This document shows positions 19,383 to 30,505 of a stretch of DNA of 64,000 nt, piece by piece. Source of the stretch: Candidatus Nanoarchaeia archaeon (GTDB lineage Archaea; Nanobdellota; Nanobdellia; Woesearchaeales; UBA10216); NCBI GenBank assembly GCA_028279045.1, contig JANQSZ010000022.1, positions 16,388-80,387 on the forward strand, in the 5' to 3' direction. Both the position numbers and the translations under genes were made by a program. The notes under the pieces are model-generated. The model ran no database searches. It saw nothing but the letters and a program-made list of their open reading frames with translations, and was not told the origin of the DNA. How positions within the stretch are numbered: position 1 is the first letter of the stretch; each line of letters begins with the position of its first letter.

Positions 19383-20038
19383 CCTGGCGTGATGCAACTG
19401 TACTGATACCCACGCTGAATGAAGCGGAATCTATTGGAGATCTTCTTGAGTATATTGAGCAGCACTATCCGAGTCTAGATATTATTGTTATCGATGATCA
19501 TTCTGACGATGGAACGCAGAAAATCGTGAAAACACACAAAGGAGTTGTGCTGATAGAGCGGACTGGCGCGAGAGGATTGACAGCGAGTATTCTTGACGGG
19601 GCAAAGGAAGTAGCAACCCCTTTTTTTGTTGTCATTGATGGCGACTTTCAACACCCTCCAGAAAAAATAGGGGAACTTATTCTGGCACTGCGAGGAGGAG
19701 CTGACGTTGCGATTGGAACACGAACAAAAGTTGTGGGGCCTTGGCCGTTCTACAGAAAAATCATGTCGAAAATAGCTACAGTGCTTGCACGGAGAAAATT
19801 GAATCAACCTGTTAGTGACCCTCTTTCTGGATTCTTTGGGGTGCAGACGTCGTTATTCTTGGAAGCAAAATCAGAAAAGTTTGTGCCGGAAGGGTATAAA
19901 GTGCTCTTTGACTATTTGCGAGCAGCAGGCGAGCTAAATATACAAGAAATCGCGTACACTTTTGGAGAACGACGTCGAGGAAAATCAAAAATTGGCGCAC
20001 GTCATGTACGCGCATTTACACGTTCACTAGGAAGATAA
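19379..20038 (+). CDS. polyprenol-phosphate mannosyltransferase-like GT2
   Basis: IPTLNE, DDHSDDGT, DGDFQHPPE, DPLSGFF and RRRGKSK. Confidence 0.88.
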   Translation: MTWRDATVLIPTLNEAESIGDLLEYIEQHYPSLDIIVIDDHSDDGTQKIVKTHKGVVLIERTGARGLTASILDGAKEVATPFFVVIDGDFQHPPEKIGELILALRGGADVAIGTRTKVVGPWPFYRKIMSKIATVLARRKLNQPVSDPLSGFFGVQTSLFLEAKSEKFVPEGYKVLFDYLRAAGELNIQEIAYTFGERRRGKSKIGARHVRAFTRSLGR

Positions 20039-21357
20039 AACTGGAAATCTGCATTGTAGACTTTTGTGGTGGTTATTGCTGGGAGAGAACGTACTTCTTT
20101 ATTGAGAATGTCAAGCTGGACGCTGCATTCTGGTGTTGAACAGGGGAAGAAATCCTCTGAATATATCACGATATCTGCTTCAGAAATGTGGCGGCGATAC
20201 GCTTGCTCTCCTGTAAAAGGATTGTCGTAAAAGGGAATGAATCTGTTGTTGAAATCAACAGCGAAACGAGGGTCTATGGTGAGTACTGTGGCGCCTTCCT
20301 TGAGGGAGAGTGCAGGAACTTCGACTTCTGTGGGAAGCCAGGAAACACGCTCTGCGGTAAACGATGCCGATGTGAACAGGGAAAGGGAAATGATTAGCAG
20401 GAGAGAAAGGAGGGCGATGGATTGCGGGAAATGAAATGATTTGAAAAACTTCCAAACTGCGTAGCCGGCGAAGAGCGCAAGAAACGGGAGGAAGACTATT
20501 GCGAATCGCATTTGCTTGTTGGTGATGAATGTGAAATAGAGAACTAGGAGAAGAAAGGGGAGGAGGATGTGCCACTGTTTTTTCTTTGCGAAGAGATAGA
20601 TGCCGGGAAGTGCGAATAGAAATATGGGCGCTTGCAGAAAAATGTTGAGCGGGTAGAAAATGAGAGAAGACATGAGAGAACCTGCAGCGTGCACAGGGTT
20701 GCTTTGATGAGGGAGTGCTTGTACTAGCGGATAGATTGGTGCTGCCAGTCCGTGAGATCTATACGCAATGGTGTTTGCGAGCAGGAAAGGAACTCCGACA
20801 ATTGCAGCGCCGATTGTGAATGTAATTGTTCTGATAGGTTTTTTGAGTGATAAGAAAAACAATGCTGCCCCTACCAGTCCGAGAGGATAACGCGTGAGGA
20901 ATGATAACGCTGCTGCAATACCTGAATGTGCAGGCTTGTGATGCCAATAAACAGCAAGCATCCCAAAAAAAGCAGCAGGCATGCCAGACATTAATTGGCT
21001 TGATTGGAGAACAACAACAGGGGCAGTAATGAATATTGCGCTGCACAGAAATGCTCCTGCGCTTTCCATGTAGTTGCGAGCGGTTCCGTAAATCAGAAGC
21101 GCAGTGCCTACCATAGCGGTGATTCCGATGATCTCGCCAATAGGTATGACGGGTAGGTTGAGAACCCAGGGTATGCCAAGGACAGCAGGAAGGAGAACAG
21201 GCCGCAATGGCTCCCACAAGCCGGATTGACCTGCAGAATAGAGAAATTTACCCATTCCTATATAGACTGCTTCATCCCAACCTGCAGGGTGTGCTGTTAT
21301 GAGTAAGAATGATTGGGATGCAATTGCCAGCAAGATGAGGAGAAGCACGAATCTCAT
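20002..21357 (-). CDS. GT-C fold membrane glycosyltransferase (ArnT/PMT-like)
   Basis: WDEAVY after the first TM helix, RPVLLP, many TM helices and KQMRF; start at ATG 21357. Confidence 0.75.
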   Translation of the reverse strand: MRFVLLLILLAIASQSFLLITAHPAGWDEAVYIGMGKFLYSAGQSGLWEPLRPVLLPAVLGIPWVLNLPVIPIGEIIGITAMVGTALLIYGTARNYMESAGAFLCSAIFITAPVVVLQSSQLMSGMPAAFFGMLAVYWHHKPAHSGIAAALSFLTRYPLGLVGAALFFLSLKKPIRTITFTIGAAIVGVPFLLANTIAYRSHGLAAPIYPLVQALPHQSNPVHAAGSLMSSLIFYPLNIFLQAPIFLFALPGIYLFAKKKQWHILLPFLLLVLYFTFITNKQMRFAIVFLPFLALFAGYAVWKFFKSFHFPQSIALLSLLLIISLSLFTSASFTAERVSWLPTEVEVPALSLKEGATVLTIDPRFAVDFNNRFIPFYDNPFTGEQAYRRHISEADIVIYSEDFFPCSTPECSVQLDILNKEVRSLPAITTTKVYNADFQFYLPSERVNART

Positions 21358-21450
21358 AGAAAGGGCGATGTTGGAGCAGTAATAAAGCTGTCGCAACTCT
21401 CTTTAAAGTAAAAGCAAATCTTTTAAAAGCCCTGTTTTCACAACAATGCT

Positions 21451-22683
21451 ATGAGTTTGATCTATAGCTCTCTTGTGTTTGGTGTATGGTTCTTGGCGAC
21501 CTATATTAATGTAGTTTTAATTCTTATACTTTTGACTAAACGAAAGGATTTGTATCAGTCGCCTAAAGAACACGCCACACCGTTCGTGAGCATTATTGTT
21601 CCTGCATACAACGAAGGCAAAACTTTACGGGAAAGTATCCATTCACTTCAAGCGCTTGACTACCCAAAAGACCGATACGAAGTTATCATTGTGAACGATG
21701 GTAGCAATGATGAAACAGCTGACGTTGCGCGATCACTTATGGGAGATAATGTACGTTTTCTGGACAATGTTGAAAACAAAGGAAAAGCTGCTTGTTTGAA
21801 TCAAGGGATTGAGGAAGCGAACGGCGAAATCATTGCGTGCATGGATGCAGATTCGCAAGTTGATGCAGACGTACTGCAAAAAACAATGCCGCATTTTCAA
21901 GAAGAGAAAACAGGAGCAGTTACGATCAGAGTTGATGCAAATAATCCCAAGAATTTATTGCAAAAAGTCGTGGAAGTCGAATATGTTATTGGGCTGACGC
22001 TTTCAATGCGAGCGTTGTCGTACTTCAATTCTGTATTTGTGACGCCAGGACCGTTTTCTCTCTACAGGAAAAAGCTCCTTATGCAGATTGGGAAATTTGA
22101 CCCGAACAGCATGACTGAAGATTACGAAATAGCATATCGGATACAGAAATCAGGATACAAGATTGCGACGTGCATCAATACGCGCGTACGTACCGAAGTG
22201 CCACCGACCTTTTCAGGGCTTTTTGTGCAGAGAAGACGATGGTATACAGGAGCATTACACACGATTACAAAGCATAGGGATATTCTTTTCAACAAGAAAG
22301 TGGGTCCGTTCGGATTTGTTATGCCATACTTGTTCGGGCTTCTGTTTATGGGCCTAATCCTCGTGGGAACATCCATCTATTTGATCTCCAGTAACTTGTA
22401 TCAAGCTTATACGCAATTCGCGCTTACTAACTTCAACTTCTTTTCCTACTTGAATTCTTACCAATTTGACGTGCTGGCAGTGAGCTCGCTGGCGTTCTTT
22501 TCTATAGCAACAGTAATCACGACATTTATGCTGATTACTGTGTCGATGAAACTCGCTAAAACGAGCATCAGTAATAGAAAACGAGGATACGTGGGATTCT
22601 TCTTCTTATTCTTTGTCTATCAATTGTACTGGGCAGTATCCCTCTGGTCTGCTCTGTTCGGAAGAAAGGTACGATGGCGCTAG
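21451..22683 (+). CDS. processive GT2 (cellulose/PNAG synthase-like)
   Basis: PAYNE, NDGS, GKAACLN, DADS, TED and QRRRW; C-terminal TM helices. Confidence 0.88.
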   Translation: MSLIYSSLVFGVWFLATYINVVLILILLTKRKDLYQSPKEHATPFVSIIVPAYNEGKTLRESIHSLQALDYPKDRYEVIIVNDGSNDETADVARSLMGDNVRFLDNVENKGKAACLNQGIEEANGEIIACMDADSQVDADVLQKTMPHFQEEKTGAVTIRVDANNPKNLLQKVVEVEYVIGLTLSMRALSYFNSVFVTPGPFSLYRKKLLMQIGKFDPNSMTEDYEIAYRIQKSGYKIATCINTRVRTEVPPTFSGLFVQRRRWYTGALHTITKHRDILFNKKVGPFGFVMPYLFGLLFMGLILVGTSIYLISSNLYQAYTQFALTNFNFFSYLNSYQFDVLAVSSLAFFSIATVITTFMLITVSMKLAKTSISNRKRGYVGFFFLFFVYQLYWAVSLWSALFGRKVRWR

Positions 22684-23387
22684 AAAAAAGAATTTTTGTG
22701 TTTGCACTTCTTATCACAATACTCATACTGCTCTCAATTATAGGGCTAACCAGCCTGCTGGGAGATAAACGAGAACAAGCTGTAGTCGACCGGATGGATT
22801 CTATTGTGAAGGAATACGAAGACATTCAAACTATCATGTTGTTGTCTGAATTCTATGGAGAAGAAGCAACGTGTGTAGCGCTTGAAAAAACACTGCTGAA
22901 CATGAACGAGGATTTATGGGATTTGGGTGTGCGGATTGAACGCTACCGGGCTGCAACTGAGGATTTCCTGAGCGATCCGTTCTATCTCGAGCAGAAGACT
23001 GACTTCAACAGAAAAGAAGCATTGTATTTTTCGATGTTGAAGAAGATGAAATCAATGTGTGACGTGAATCAAACCATTATTACATATTTCTACAGCAAAA
23101 AAGAAACGTGTCCTGATTGTGATGCACAAGCTTTTGTGTTATCGGACATCAGAAGGGATCTTGATAACGAAAACAGGCCTGACGACCTTGCCGTATTTAG
23201 CTTTGATACCGATCTTGACCTTGCATCGATAAGTTTGATGTCTCGGGTGTTCAATATTACAGAACACCCGTGTATTGTCATAGGAGATTTTGCTGGGGTG
23301 GAAGACAATATCCATTGCGGACTTCACAACAAAGCAGAAGTTGTAGAGCTACTCTGTGAAAGCGGAGACCAATCATTCTGTGAATAG
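22674..23387 (+). CDS. membrane-anchored protein with a thioredoxin-like CxxC domain
   Basis: N-terminal TM helix; ITYFYS...CPDC...ITEHPCIVI. Confidence 0.65.
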   Translation: MALEKRIFVFALLITILILLSIIGLTSLLGDKREQAVVDRMDSIVKEYEDIQTIMLLSEFYGEEATCVALEKTLLNMNEDLWDLGVRIERYRAATEDFLSDPFYLEQKTDFNRKEALYFSMLKKMKSMCDVNQTIITYFYSKKETCPDCDAQAFVLSDIRRDLDNENRPDDLAVFSFDTDLDLASISLMSRVFNITEHPCIVIGDFAGVEDNIHCGLHNKAEVVELLCESGDQSFCE

Positions 23388-24692
23388 GAACTTCCAGGTC
23401 TGAGTTTTTTCTGAAGAATGCAATTGATCAAATGTTTGGTTGTTCCGTAGCAAGAAAAGTATACCGTCTTCCTCATCAGACCACACTTCGCCAAACATTG
23501 CGTCGTCAACCCACAAGTAATCGATACGGAGATCTTTGAAAGATGAATTTGCATCTTGGAGGTTACGTATCTGGAACACTTTGTGAATCTCCTCAAGGTC
23601 ATCGGGCGGTGTTTCTCGAGTTATAACCGCAGGCTGACTGGCAAAATACTCAATCCAATAACTGTTTGACTCATGAGATAAAACACGGCCGTGCGGTTGG
23701 CTGGAAAGAAATTCTAAGCTTTCTTGTTGTTCTATTGTCGGTTCTAAATTGGCGAGTTCTTTTGAGAAGGAAACTGTACTGAAAAGCAAACCTGAAAGAA
23801 TCACAAGAAGAGAGAGAGTCTTCACAACATCTAATGTCCACGGAGTTTGGAGTAATACTTCAATAGTTAGTGCGCCGAGCACAACAAGAGGAAGTACAAG
23901 ATATGGAATGCGAGTGGTCCCTTCCAGGACGACCCAAATAAGGGAGGAAACCAAAGCAAAAGATAACATGCTGAATGAATTAAACCGGAACCGCCAGACG
24001 TATGCAATTCCAAGGAGGGCGATAATAACGCTGAACACACCTACGCCGTACAATTCACCGAGATCAGAGATACCGTTGAGGAATGGATGATTTGCAATGG
24101 GATTTGTTAGACTGATAAGGAAAAGGACGAGGAAAACAAGAGAGAGCGAGGAAAGAGCGAGTAACCGGTGGACGTTTCTTCTGAGCAGGGAAGCAACAAG
24201 GAGGCCTGCTGTAAAAAGGAACTCTGGCAATCCGATTAGTGCAAGGAGAAATAATGAAATCAAGCTCCCGATGGCAGGAAGAGGCTTTCTGCGGAATAGT
24301 GCGAAGGAAAGCAAAGCGAGTGGTAGGGAAAGTGATGTGGGGTTAAGCGTGCTAAAAACATACATCGTTGCTGGCGTAGTGATAAAAAGAATCGCTGCGA
24401 TCGCGTTGAGCTTCCAAGGAAGTCCTAGCCGTTCTAAAACGATGCTGAAGAGATAGACAGAGACTACTCCGAGGATGAGAGGGAAAATATGAGCGAAAAA
24501 ATTTCCGCCTAACATGATACCAATTCCGAGAATGCCGTGGTACAATGTTTCTGGAGATTGTGAAAGGAGCAAATGCTGATAGCTCTCTTCGCCGGCAACA
24601 ATCGGCCCTGACGTAAACAAACGGATAATGAGCTGTGCAGTAAGCAATATTGCTGCGGCAATGGTTACTCCTTCTTTCCATTGTGCTTTCAT
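23373..24692 (-). CDS. polytopic membrane protein, GT-C-like
   Basis: many TM helices; C-terminal soluble domain (RVLSH...IDYLWVD). Confidence 0.6.
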   Translation of the reverse strand: MKAQWKEGVTIAAAILLTAQLIIRLFTSGPIVAGEESYQHLLLSQSPETLYHGILGIGIMLGGNFFAHIFPLILGVVSVYLFSIVLERLGLPWKLNAIAAILFITTPATMYVFSTLNPTSLSLPLALLSFALFRRKPLPAIGSLISLFLLALIGLPEFLFTAGLLVASLLRRNVHRLLALSSLSLVFLVLFLISLTNPIANHPFLNGISDLGELYGVGVFSVIIALLGIAYVWRFRFNSFSMLSFALVSSLIWVVLEGTTRIPYLVLPLVVLGALTIEVLLQTPWTLDVVKTLSLLVILSGLLFSTVSFSKELANLEPTIEQQESLEFLSSQPHGRVLSHESNSYWIEYFASQPAVITRETPPDDLEEIHKVFQIRNLQDANSSFKDLRIDYLWVDDAMFGEVWSDEEDGILFLLRNNQTFDQLHSSEKTQTWKFLFTE

Positions 24693-26164
24693 GAGCTCAC
24701 CTCACAAAGAGATTCGTAAATGAGCGGTCCTTGATTGTAGAGCAGGGAGAAACATTTCTTGTTGGAAGCGTATTGAAGACGCTCGATTTCAAAATCATCG
24801 GCAGTATTTTGGGAGACAAACACATAATCTGCGTCATATTTTGTGAGAAGAGGAATGACTTCTGTTTCGAACGGAGTCGTGTACATTGTTTCGATGTCAT
24901 TGAACCGCTCCTCGACATCGGATGCGAACAAGAAAAATGGATCAAGAATATTCTGGCGACGGGCTTCGGCAACGACCATGTAACCTTCGTTGAGAGAAGC
25001 TACGATAATTGCATCCTGAGGAAGAGATCTTCCAATCCACCGCATTCCTTCAACATCTTCAGGAGATGGATACTCTGAAGAATGTGCCATGTACCACGAA
25101 GGCATAACGTGAGCGAGAAGAATTAAAGTCAGTATTGCGAGGTACACAAGACTTCTGTACCTTACAAAATTGGTTTTGCGCACGTAACGCGAAATAATTG
25201 CTACATATGAACCGAACAAAATTGCAAACGCACCACCTAGAATGCTAAGGGCAGTTGTCTTGTCGGTGACTCCTAACGAGATAAATGCGAGGAGTGTGAG
25301 AACGGGGCTGATGACTAGATAGATTTCCCGTTTTCTTTGCCGGAGAACCAATCGGTAAATAACCCAAAGACCAACTAGTGCTCCCAAAAGCCCTGCAGCT
25401 GTCAACGCTTCAAGAATATTGGAATAGTCAAAACGTGAAGGGAACAATTCCGTCGGTACGTTTTGCCAAACCGCAGCTATTCCCTGGGATAAAAGAGGTT
25501 TTTTGAAGACAAGGAAAGTTATCCATGTGGTAAGCAAGCCGATAAAAAATGTAACTTCAAATTCCTGCGGGTATCGCTGGAGTCGTTCCAGTTTGGAAAG
25601 ACCAAGATAAAGAGATAGAGAAGCCACTAAAAGTAGTGCGATAGGATGCGTAACGGCCAGAACCACTGCGCTGACAAGGAATGTATATGCAAATGTCTTC
25701 TCGTTAATACGGAGGAAACAGTAAATAAGGAAAAAAAGCAGTGGAATTGCCATTGTTAGTGGAGATGCACTGTTTGCCGATGCGACGAAAATTGGTACAA
25801 ACCCTGCTAGCAGTCCAGAAAACGTTGCTCCCAATGCGTTCTTGGATATTCTAAGAGAAAGTGCAAAGACAACCAGCACGAGTGTTGCTGCCATAACGTT
25901 TGGCACTATCTTCAAGACGATCACTGGGTCCATGAACAAGGCGAAAAATGAAAGTACGTAGTCAAACCCTGGGAAAAAATAATGAGGAGCGTACCATAGA
26001 TCAGTAAATATTGGTGTTCCTGTATCGAGAATGGAATGAATCTGTGCAAGATGAAAGTAGGCTTCATAATCCAAAGTTGGAGTACGGAACGCGATAAGCA
26101 ATCGGAAAGCTAAAACTAGAGAAAAGAGAATTCCTGCGGTAGCTGATTTCTTAGGAAGCTTCAT
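24689..26164 (-). CDS. polytopic membrane protein, GT-C-like
   Basis: DYEAYFH after TM1, many TM helices, C-terminal LLTKYDADYVFVS. Confidence 0.62.
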   Translation of the reverse strand: MKLPKKSATAGILFSLVLAFRLLIAFRTPTLDYEAYFHLAQIHSILDTGTPIFTDLWYAPHYFFPGFDYVLSFFALFMDPVIVLKIVPNVMAATLVLVVFALSLRISKNALGATFSGLLAGFVPIFVASANSASPLTMAIPLLFFLIYCFLRINEKTFAYTFLVSAVVLAVTHPIALLLVASLSLYLGLSKLERLQRYPQEFEVTFFIGLLTTWITFLVFKKPLLSQGIAAVWQNVPTELFPSRFDYSNILEALTAAGLLGALVGLWVIYRLVLRQRKREIYLVISPVLTLLAFISLGVTDKTTALSILGGAFAILFGSYVAIISRYVRKTNFVRYRSLVYLAILTLILLAHVMPSWYMAHSSEYPSPEDVEGMRWIGRSLPQDAIIVASLNEGYMVVAEARRQNILDPFFLFASDVEERFNDIETMYTTPFETEVIPLLTKYDADYVFVSQNTADDFEIERLQYASNKKCFSLLYNQGPLIYESLCEVSS

Positions 26165-27257
26165 GGCTCAATACAAGGAGCGTGTAGGACTCCTCGCCCT
26201 TCTTGATGACAGTTGAACTCACAACCCAATCTGAGATATAGGGTTTTATTAATGTTGGGTCTTTGATAAGCAGAGAAACAACTCCATCCTTCTTGAGGAT
26301 GTTCTCTGCCTGATTGAATAGCTTATCTGCACGCTTCTGCACAACTTCTGTAGGAATACGGCGATTCGGGCCAGCAATCATTGTGACAATTGCATCAACT
26401 GAATTGGGCTCGCACCGAAGATCAAGATCTTGAAGAGGTGTGCGAGAAAAATCAATCATTTTTTTGACGCCTGCAACGCGAGCATTCTTTTCGGCACCGC
26501 GGAGATTCGGCATTGAGCCATCGATGGCTATTACTTTGCCCTTGCCAGGAGAAATGTCAGTGGATTTTGTTTTGCTGAACGGACGGAGATTGGTTAGCGT
26601 GATGTCACGATGCTCATGAGGAGAAATTCCTTGCATCCAAAGCGTTGCTTCGATCACGATCTGGCCAGAACCACAAAGAGGATCAAGATATGTCGCGTTC
26701 TTGTCCTTGCCTGCTGCGCGCACGATTGCATAAGATAGCAATGCGCTGGTCTCAGCAGCGTGCAAGACTACGCGGTAGTCGCGTTTGCTTGCATCGAAAC
26801 CCATGACATCGATGCCGATCGCGCCTTTATCGTCGGCGATAATAATTTTTACAATGACATCCGGATGCTTTAAGTGAATTTTAGATTTTGTACGAGGAAT
26901 GAGAAGTAATGACGCTTCCTTTGCAATATCTGGGCTGTTAAAAGTGTGATCACCTGTACGAGAACAACGGACAGCAAACGTAGTGGAATCTAGCCAATCG
27001 TCAAGGTTGATTCTGTGAGCGACCTTCTTGAGCTCTGCCATGGTTTTGTCGAGGCCGGGAAATACAGAAAAGGTATCAAAAAGCACGAGCAGAGAAGAAA
27101 TCGATTGAGCGTGTTCTGCAAAGCGTAATGCATCCTCTTCAGAAGCCTCGAAAATAACAAAACCCTTTTCTGCAGAAGCCTGAGTGTTACACAACTCTTG
27201 GACCTCTTGCTGGCAAAACTTCTCCAGCCCTTCCTGGGTTATAGCCAGAAATTTCAT
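26151..27257 (-). CDS. THUMP-domain RNA methyltransferase (Trm14/TrmN-like)
   Basis: GLE at the N-terminus, [22 protein letters not shown] and DPLCGSG; motif IV appears degenerate. Confidence 0.8.
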   Translation of the reverse strand: MKFLAITQEGLEKFCQQEVQELCNTQASAEKGFVIFEASEEDALRFAEHAQSISSLLVLFDTFSVFPGLDKTMAELKKVAHRINLDDWLDSTTFAVRCSRTGDHTFNSPDIAKEASLLLIPRTKSKIHLKHPDVIVKIIIADDKGAIGIDVMGFDASKRDYRVVLHAAETSALLSYAIVRAAGKDKNATYLDPLCGSGQIVIEATLWMQGISPHEHRDITLTNLRPFSKTKSTDISPGKGKVIAIDGSMPNLRGAEKNARVAGVKKMIDFSRTPLQDLDLRCEPNSVDAIVTMIAGPNRRIPTEVVQKRADKLFNQAENILKKDGVVSLLIKDPTLIKPYISDWVVSSTVIKKGEESYTLLVLSHEAS

Positions 27258-29671
27258 TCTGTTTCTGCGGCGATTTGCGCTAAACCAACAACATGATCAC
27301 CGTCTTTCAAGCGCATAATTCGTGATCCTTGGGTATTTCTACCGAAACTAGAAATATCACTAGCAGCGACGCGGATAACAATGCCAGAGCGACTCATGAT
27401 GATTAAATCGTCGTTTGGCAACGTTGAAACTACGCTGACAACCTTACCATTTCTCTCAGAAGTTTGAATATTAATGACACCCAGACCACCCCGCTTGGTT
27501 ACGCGGTACTCTGACAGAGCAGTTCTCTTACCGAAACCGTTTTCGGTAATGGTGAGAATTTCCCGGGAAGAATCAGCAAGCACCATAGAAACAACAACGT
27601 CGTTTTCGCGTAGTTTCATGCCACGCACTCCTCTTGCTGAACGACCTGTGGGACGTACGTCTTTTTCATTAAAGCGAACAGCGTTTCCTGCACTTGATGC
27701 GATAAGTAGTTCGTTATTCCCATCTGTGCGGCGAACGCTAATAAGTTCATCTTCCTGATCGAGTGTTATTGCGATGATTCCTCCACGACGAGGGCGGGAG
27801 TAATGAGCAAGACCTGTTTTCTTTACCGTGCCGTTTCTTGTTGCCATGATCAAGTTGTTAGTTTCGTCAAACTTTTCAACAGGGATAACAGCAGAAACCT
27901 TTTCGGAATCGTCCAAGTCAAGGAGATTAACTATTGCTTTCCCCATGGCTGTACGTGATCCCTCAGGAATTTGATGCACTTTCAACCAATGCACAATACC
28001 TTTTGTGGTGAAGAAAAGTAAATATGCATGGGTGTTTGCGATGAATATGTTTTCTGCGAAATCATCTTCGCGTGTTGATTGGCCTTTCACACCTTTACCG
28101 CCTCTATTCTGCTGCCTGTACGTATCCATTGCCAATCGCTTGATGTAACCACGATTACTGATGGTGACGATCATGTCCTCTTTCTTGATCAGATCTTCAG
28201 GAAGCATTACTTCGTCGCCGCCTTCGATGATTTCTGTTCGACGTTCATCTCCGTATGCGTCAACAAGTTCATCGAGCTCTGTTTTGATGATTCCTCTGAT
28301 TTTTTCTTGAGAATCAAGGATGCTGCGGAGTTCAACGATCAACTTGAGAACTTCTGCGTGTTCCTCACGAACTTTTTGTTGTTCCATTGAAGCCAGGCGG
28401 GATAAACGCATCTCTAGGATCGCTTCTGCTTGCTTCACTGATAGAGGGAAAGAACTTTGTAATGCTGCTTTAGCAGCTGCAACGTCTTGTGATTCTCGAA
28501 TAAGTTTGATTACTGCATCGACGTTGTTCAACGCTACAATGAGTCCTTCAAGAATATGCGCGCGTGCTTCTGCTTTTTGCAAATCGAACTGTGTTCGACG
28601 GGTAATGATTGTAATACGGTGCTTAGTGAACTCATCCAGCATGTCTCGGAGAGTCAGTGTTTTAGGTTCACCGTTAACAAGGGCGATAAGATTCATACCG
28701 AATGTGGTTTCAAGACGAGTATGTGCGTAGAGTTGATTCAGAATAACATCGGGGCTTGCATCGCGCTTGGTGTCAATTACAATGCGCATACCGTTCTTGT
28801 CAGATTCATCGCGGATATCGGAGATACCGGTGACGCGTTTACTTGTAACGAGGTCAGCCATTTCCTCAATCATAGATGATTTATTCACCATGTACGGGAT
28901 TTCTGTAATGATGATTCGACGTTCTTCAGTTTCTGCGCGACCACGCACTTTGATCAAACCGCGGCCTGTTCGATATGCTAACTTGATACCTGCGTCGCCG
29001 AGAATTTGAGCTCCTGTAGGAAAATCAGGACCGCTAATGTGATTTAGCAAATCCTCTGCAGGAATCTCTGGATTATCGATTGTTGCCTTTAATGCGGAAA
29101 CAACTTCTGGAAGATTATGAGGAGGAATGTTTGTTGCCATACCAACAGCAATTCCGGAACTTCCGTTTACAAGAAGGTTAGGAAACTTGCTTGGGAGCAC
29201 GCTTGGTTCTTTCAAACTGTTATCGAAATTTGGAACCATATCAACAGTATCTTTTTCGATGTCCTGCAACATTTCTTCAGCGATCTTGGTGAGTTTTGCT
29301 TCTGTGTAACGCATTGCTGCTGCATTATCACCATCAATACTTCCGAAATTTCCTTGACCGTTTACAAGCGGATATCGCAATGAGAAATCTTGCGCCATAC
29401 GCACCAATGTGTCGTAGACTGCTGAATCACCATGCGGGTGATACTTACCTAGCGCATCTCCCACAATTCTTGCCGATTTTCTAAACGGTTTATTGTGGAA
29501 CAATCCGAGATCTCGCATTGCATACAAAACACGGCGATGGACTGGTTTGAGGCCATCTTGAGCAGAAGGAAGGGCACGGCCTACAAGAACTGACATCGCA
29601 TAATCTAAGTAGGAAGAGCGCATTTCTTCTTCGATTTCTCGCGAAGCAACGCCTTTGTCTGCTGATTCCAT
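27254..29671 (-). CDS. gyrA: DNA gyrase subunit A
   Basis: [17 protein letters not shown], catalytic AAMRYTE, GyrA-box QNRGGKG and CTD pinwheel repeats. Confidence 0.97.
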   Translation of the reverse strand: MESADKGVASREIEEEMRSSYLDYAMSVLVGRALPSAQDGLKPVHRRVLYAMRDLGLFHNKPFRKSARIVGDALGKYHPHGDSAVYDTLVRMAQDFSLRYPLVNGQGNFGSIDGDNAAAMRYTEAKLTKIAEEMLQDIEKDTVDMVPNFDNSLKEPSVLPSKFPNLLVNGSSGIAVGMATNIPPHNLPEVVSALKATIDNPEIPAEDLLNHISGPDFPTGAQILGDAGIKLAYRTGRGLIKVRGRAETEERRIIITEIPYMVNKSSMIEEMADLVTSKRVTGISDIRDESDKNGMRIVIDTKRDASPDVILNQLYAHTRLETTFGMNLIALVNGEPKTLTLRDMLDEFTKHRITIITRRTQFDLQKAEARAHILEGLIVALNNVDAVIKLIRESQDVAAAKAALQSSFPLSVKQAEAILEMRLSRLASMEQQKVREEHAEVLKLIVELRSILDSQEKIRGIIKTELDELVDAYGDERRTEIIEGGDEVMLPEDLIKKEDMIVTISNRGYIKRLAMDTYRQQNRGGKGVKGQSTREDDFAENIFIANTHAYLLFFTTKGIVHWLKVHQIPEGSRTAMGKAIVNLLDLDDSEKVSAVIPVEKFDETNNLIMATRNGTVKKTGLAHYSRPRRGGIIAITLDQEDELISVRRTDGNNELLIASSAGNAVRFNEKDVRPTGRSARGVRGMKLRENDVVVSMVLADSSREILTITENGFGKRTALSEYRVTKRGGLGVINIQTSERNGKVVSVVSTLPNDDLIIMSRSGIVIRVAASDISSFGRNTQGSRIMRLKDGDHVVGLAQIAAETE

Positions 29672-29768
29672 TTGTAAAATGAGAAACTGCGATTGTTTAA
29701 AAAGTTATGTATTAGAATTAGGGGTTTCAGGGCCCAAAATAGGCTAATTTAAGGACTTGAGCAGCGTT

Positions 29769-29903
29769 TTAGTTGATTTGGTGATTGGTCACGGTAAAGG
29801 ATTTTCCGCAGTAGACACAGCGCTTGGAAGTAGATCTAGACAGCGGTTTTTGTGGCTGATAATTCATCGCGTTCCCACATTTAGGGCATTTCACGCGCAT
29901 CAT
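29769..29903 (-). CDS. small Zn-ribbon protein (44 aa, absent from the ORF track)
   Basis: MMRVKCPKCGNAMNYQPQKPLSRSTSKRCVYCGKSFTVTNHQIN; ATGA overlap with the scpB stop. Confidence 0.8.
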   Translation of the reverse strand: MMRVKCPKCGNAMNYQPQKPLSRSTSKRCVYCGKSFTVTNHQIN

Positions 29904-30505
29904 TCTTCATCAGGTGCTTCTGGTAATTGAGAAATCTCTTCGCCCTCAAGCTTTGGTTCGATCTCTTCGTCAACGACTTCTGTTGACTCATCGGTTTGAA
30001 CTTGAAGTGCTGCAGGCTCTTTGATGTCGCCGAATTTTTCTTTAATATCCTCTCGGCTGCGCAAATCAAAATAGGAAAAGAATTTGTCAGTAAGCCTGAG
30101 AAGTTTTGAACGGCCTTGCTTTTTTGCTGTGACAAATCCTGCTTCTTCGAGCTCTTTAATGTGGTCATATGCTTTATTGGTTCTAATACGGATGACTTCG
30201 CTTTGGAGAACAGGGGCTTTCCAGGCAACAACTGCCAAAGTTTCCATGACGGTTTTCGAAAGCTCGGTTTCTGAGACAATGTTCTGAACTATAGGGAAGT
30301 AATCAGTGCGAACCATGAACTTCCAGAAAGCGCCCTCCTCGACAACTTGGATTGCTCCTGCGTATTCGTCATAGTCCTTTTGAAGTTCACGTAAAGCGTT
30401 AAGTGCTTGCTTTTGGTCGAGTCCAGTGAGTTTTGCAATCTCTTCAAGTGCAACTTTGTTGCTTGAAGCGAACAAAACCGATTCGACTTTACCTTTATCA
30501 CTCAT
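29900..30505 (-). CDS. scpB: SMC-Scp complex subunit ScpB
   Basis: VESVLFAS, ELSKTVMETLAVVAWKAPVLQSEVIRIR and TDKFFSYF. Confidence 0.9.
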   Translation of the reverse strand: MSDKGKVESVLFASSNKVALEEIAKLTGLDQKQALNALRELQKDYDEYAGAIQVVEEGAFWKFMVRTDYFPIVQNIVSETELSKTVMETLAVVAWKAPVLQSEVIRIRTNKAYDHIKELEEAGFVTAKKQGRSKLLRLTDKFFSYFDLRSREDIKEKFGDIKEPAALQVQTDESTEVVDEEIEPKLEGEEISQLPEAPDEE

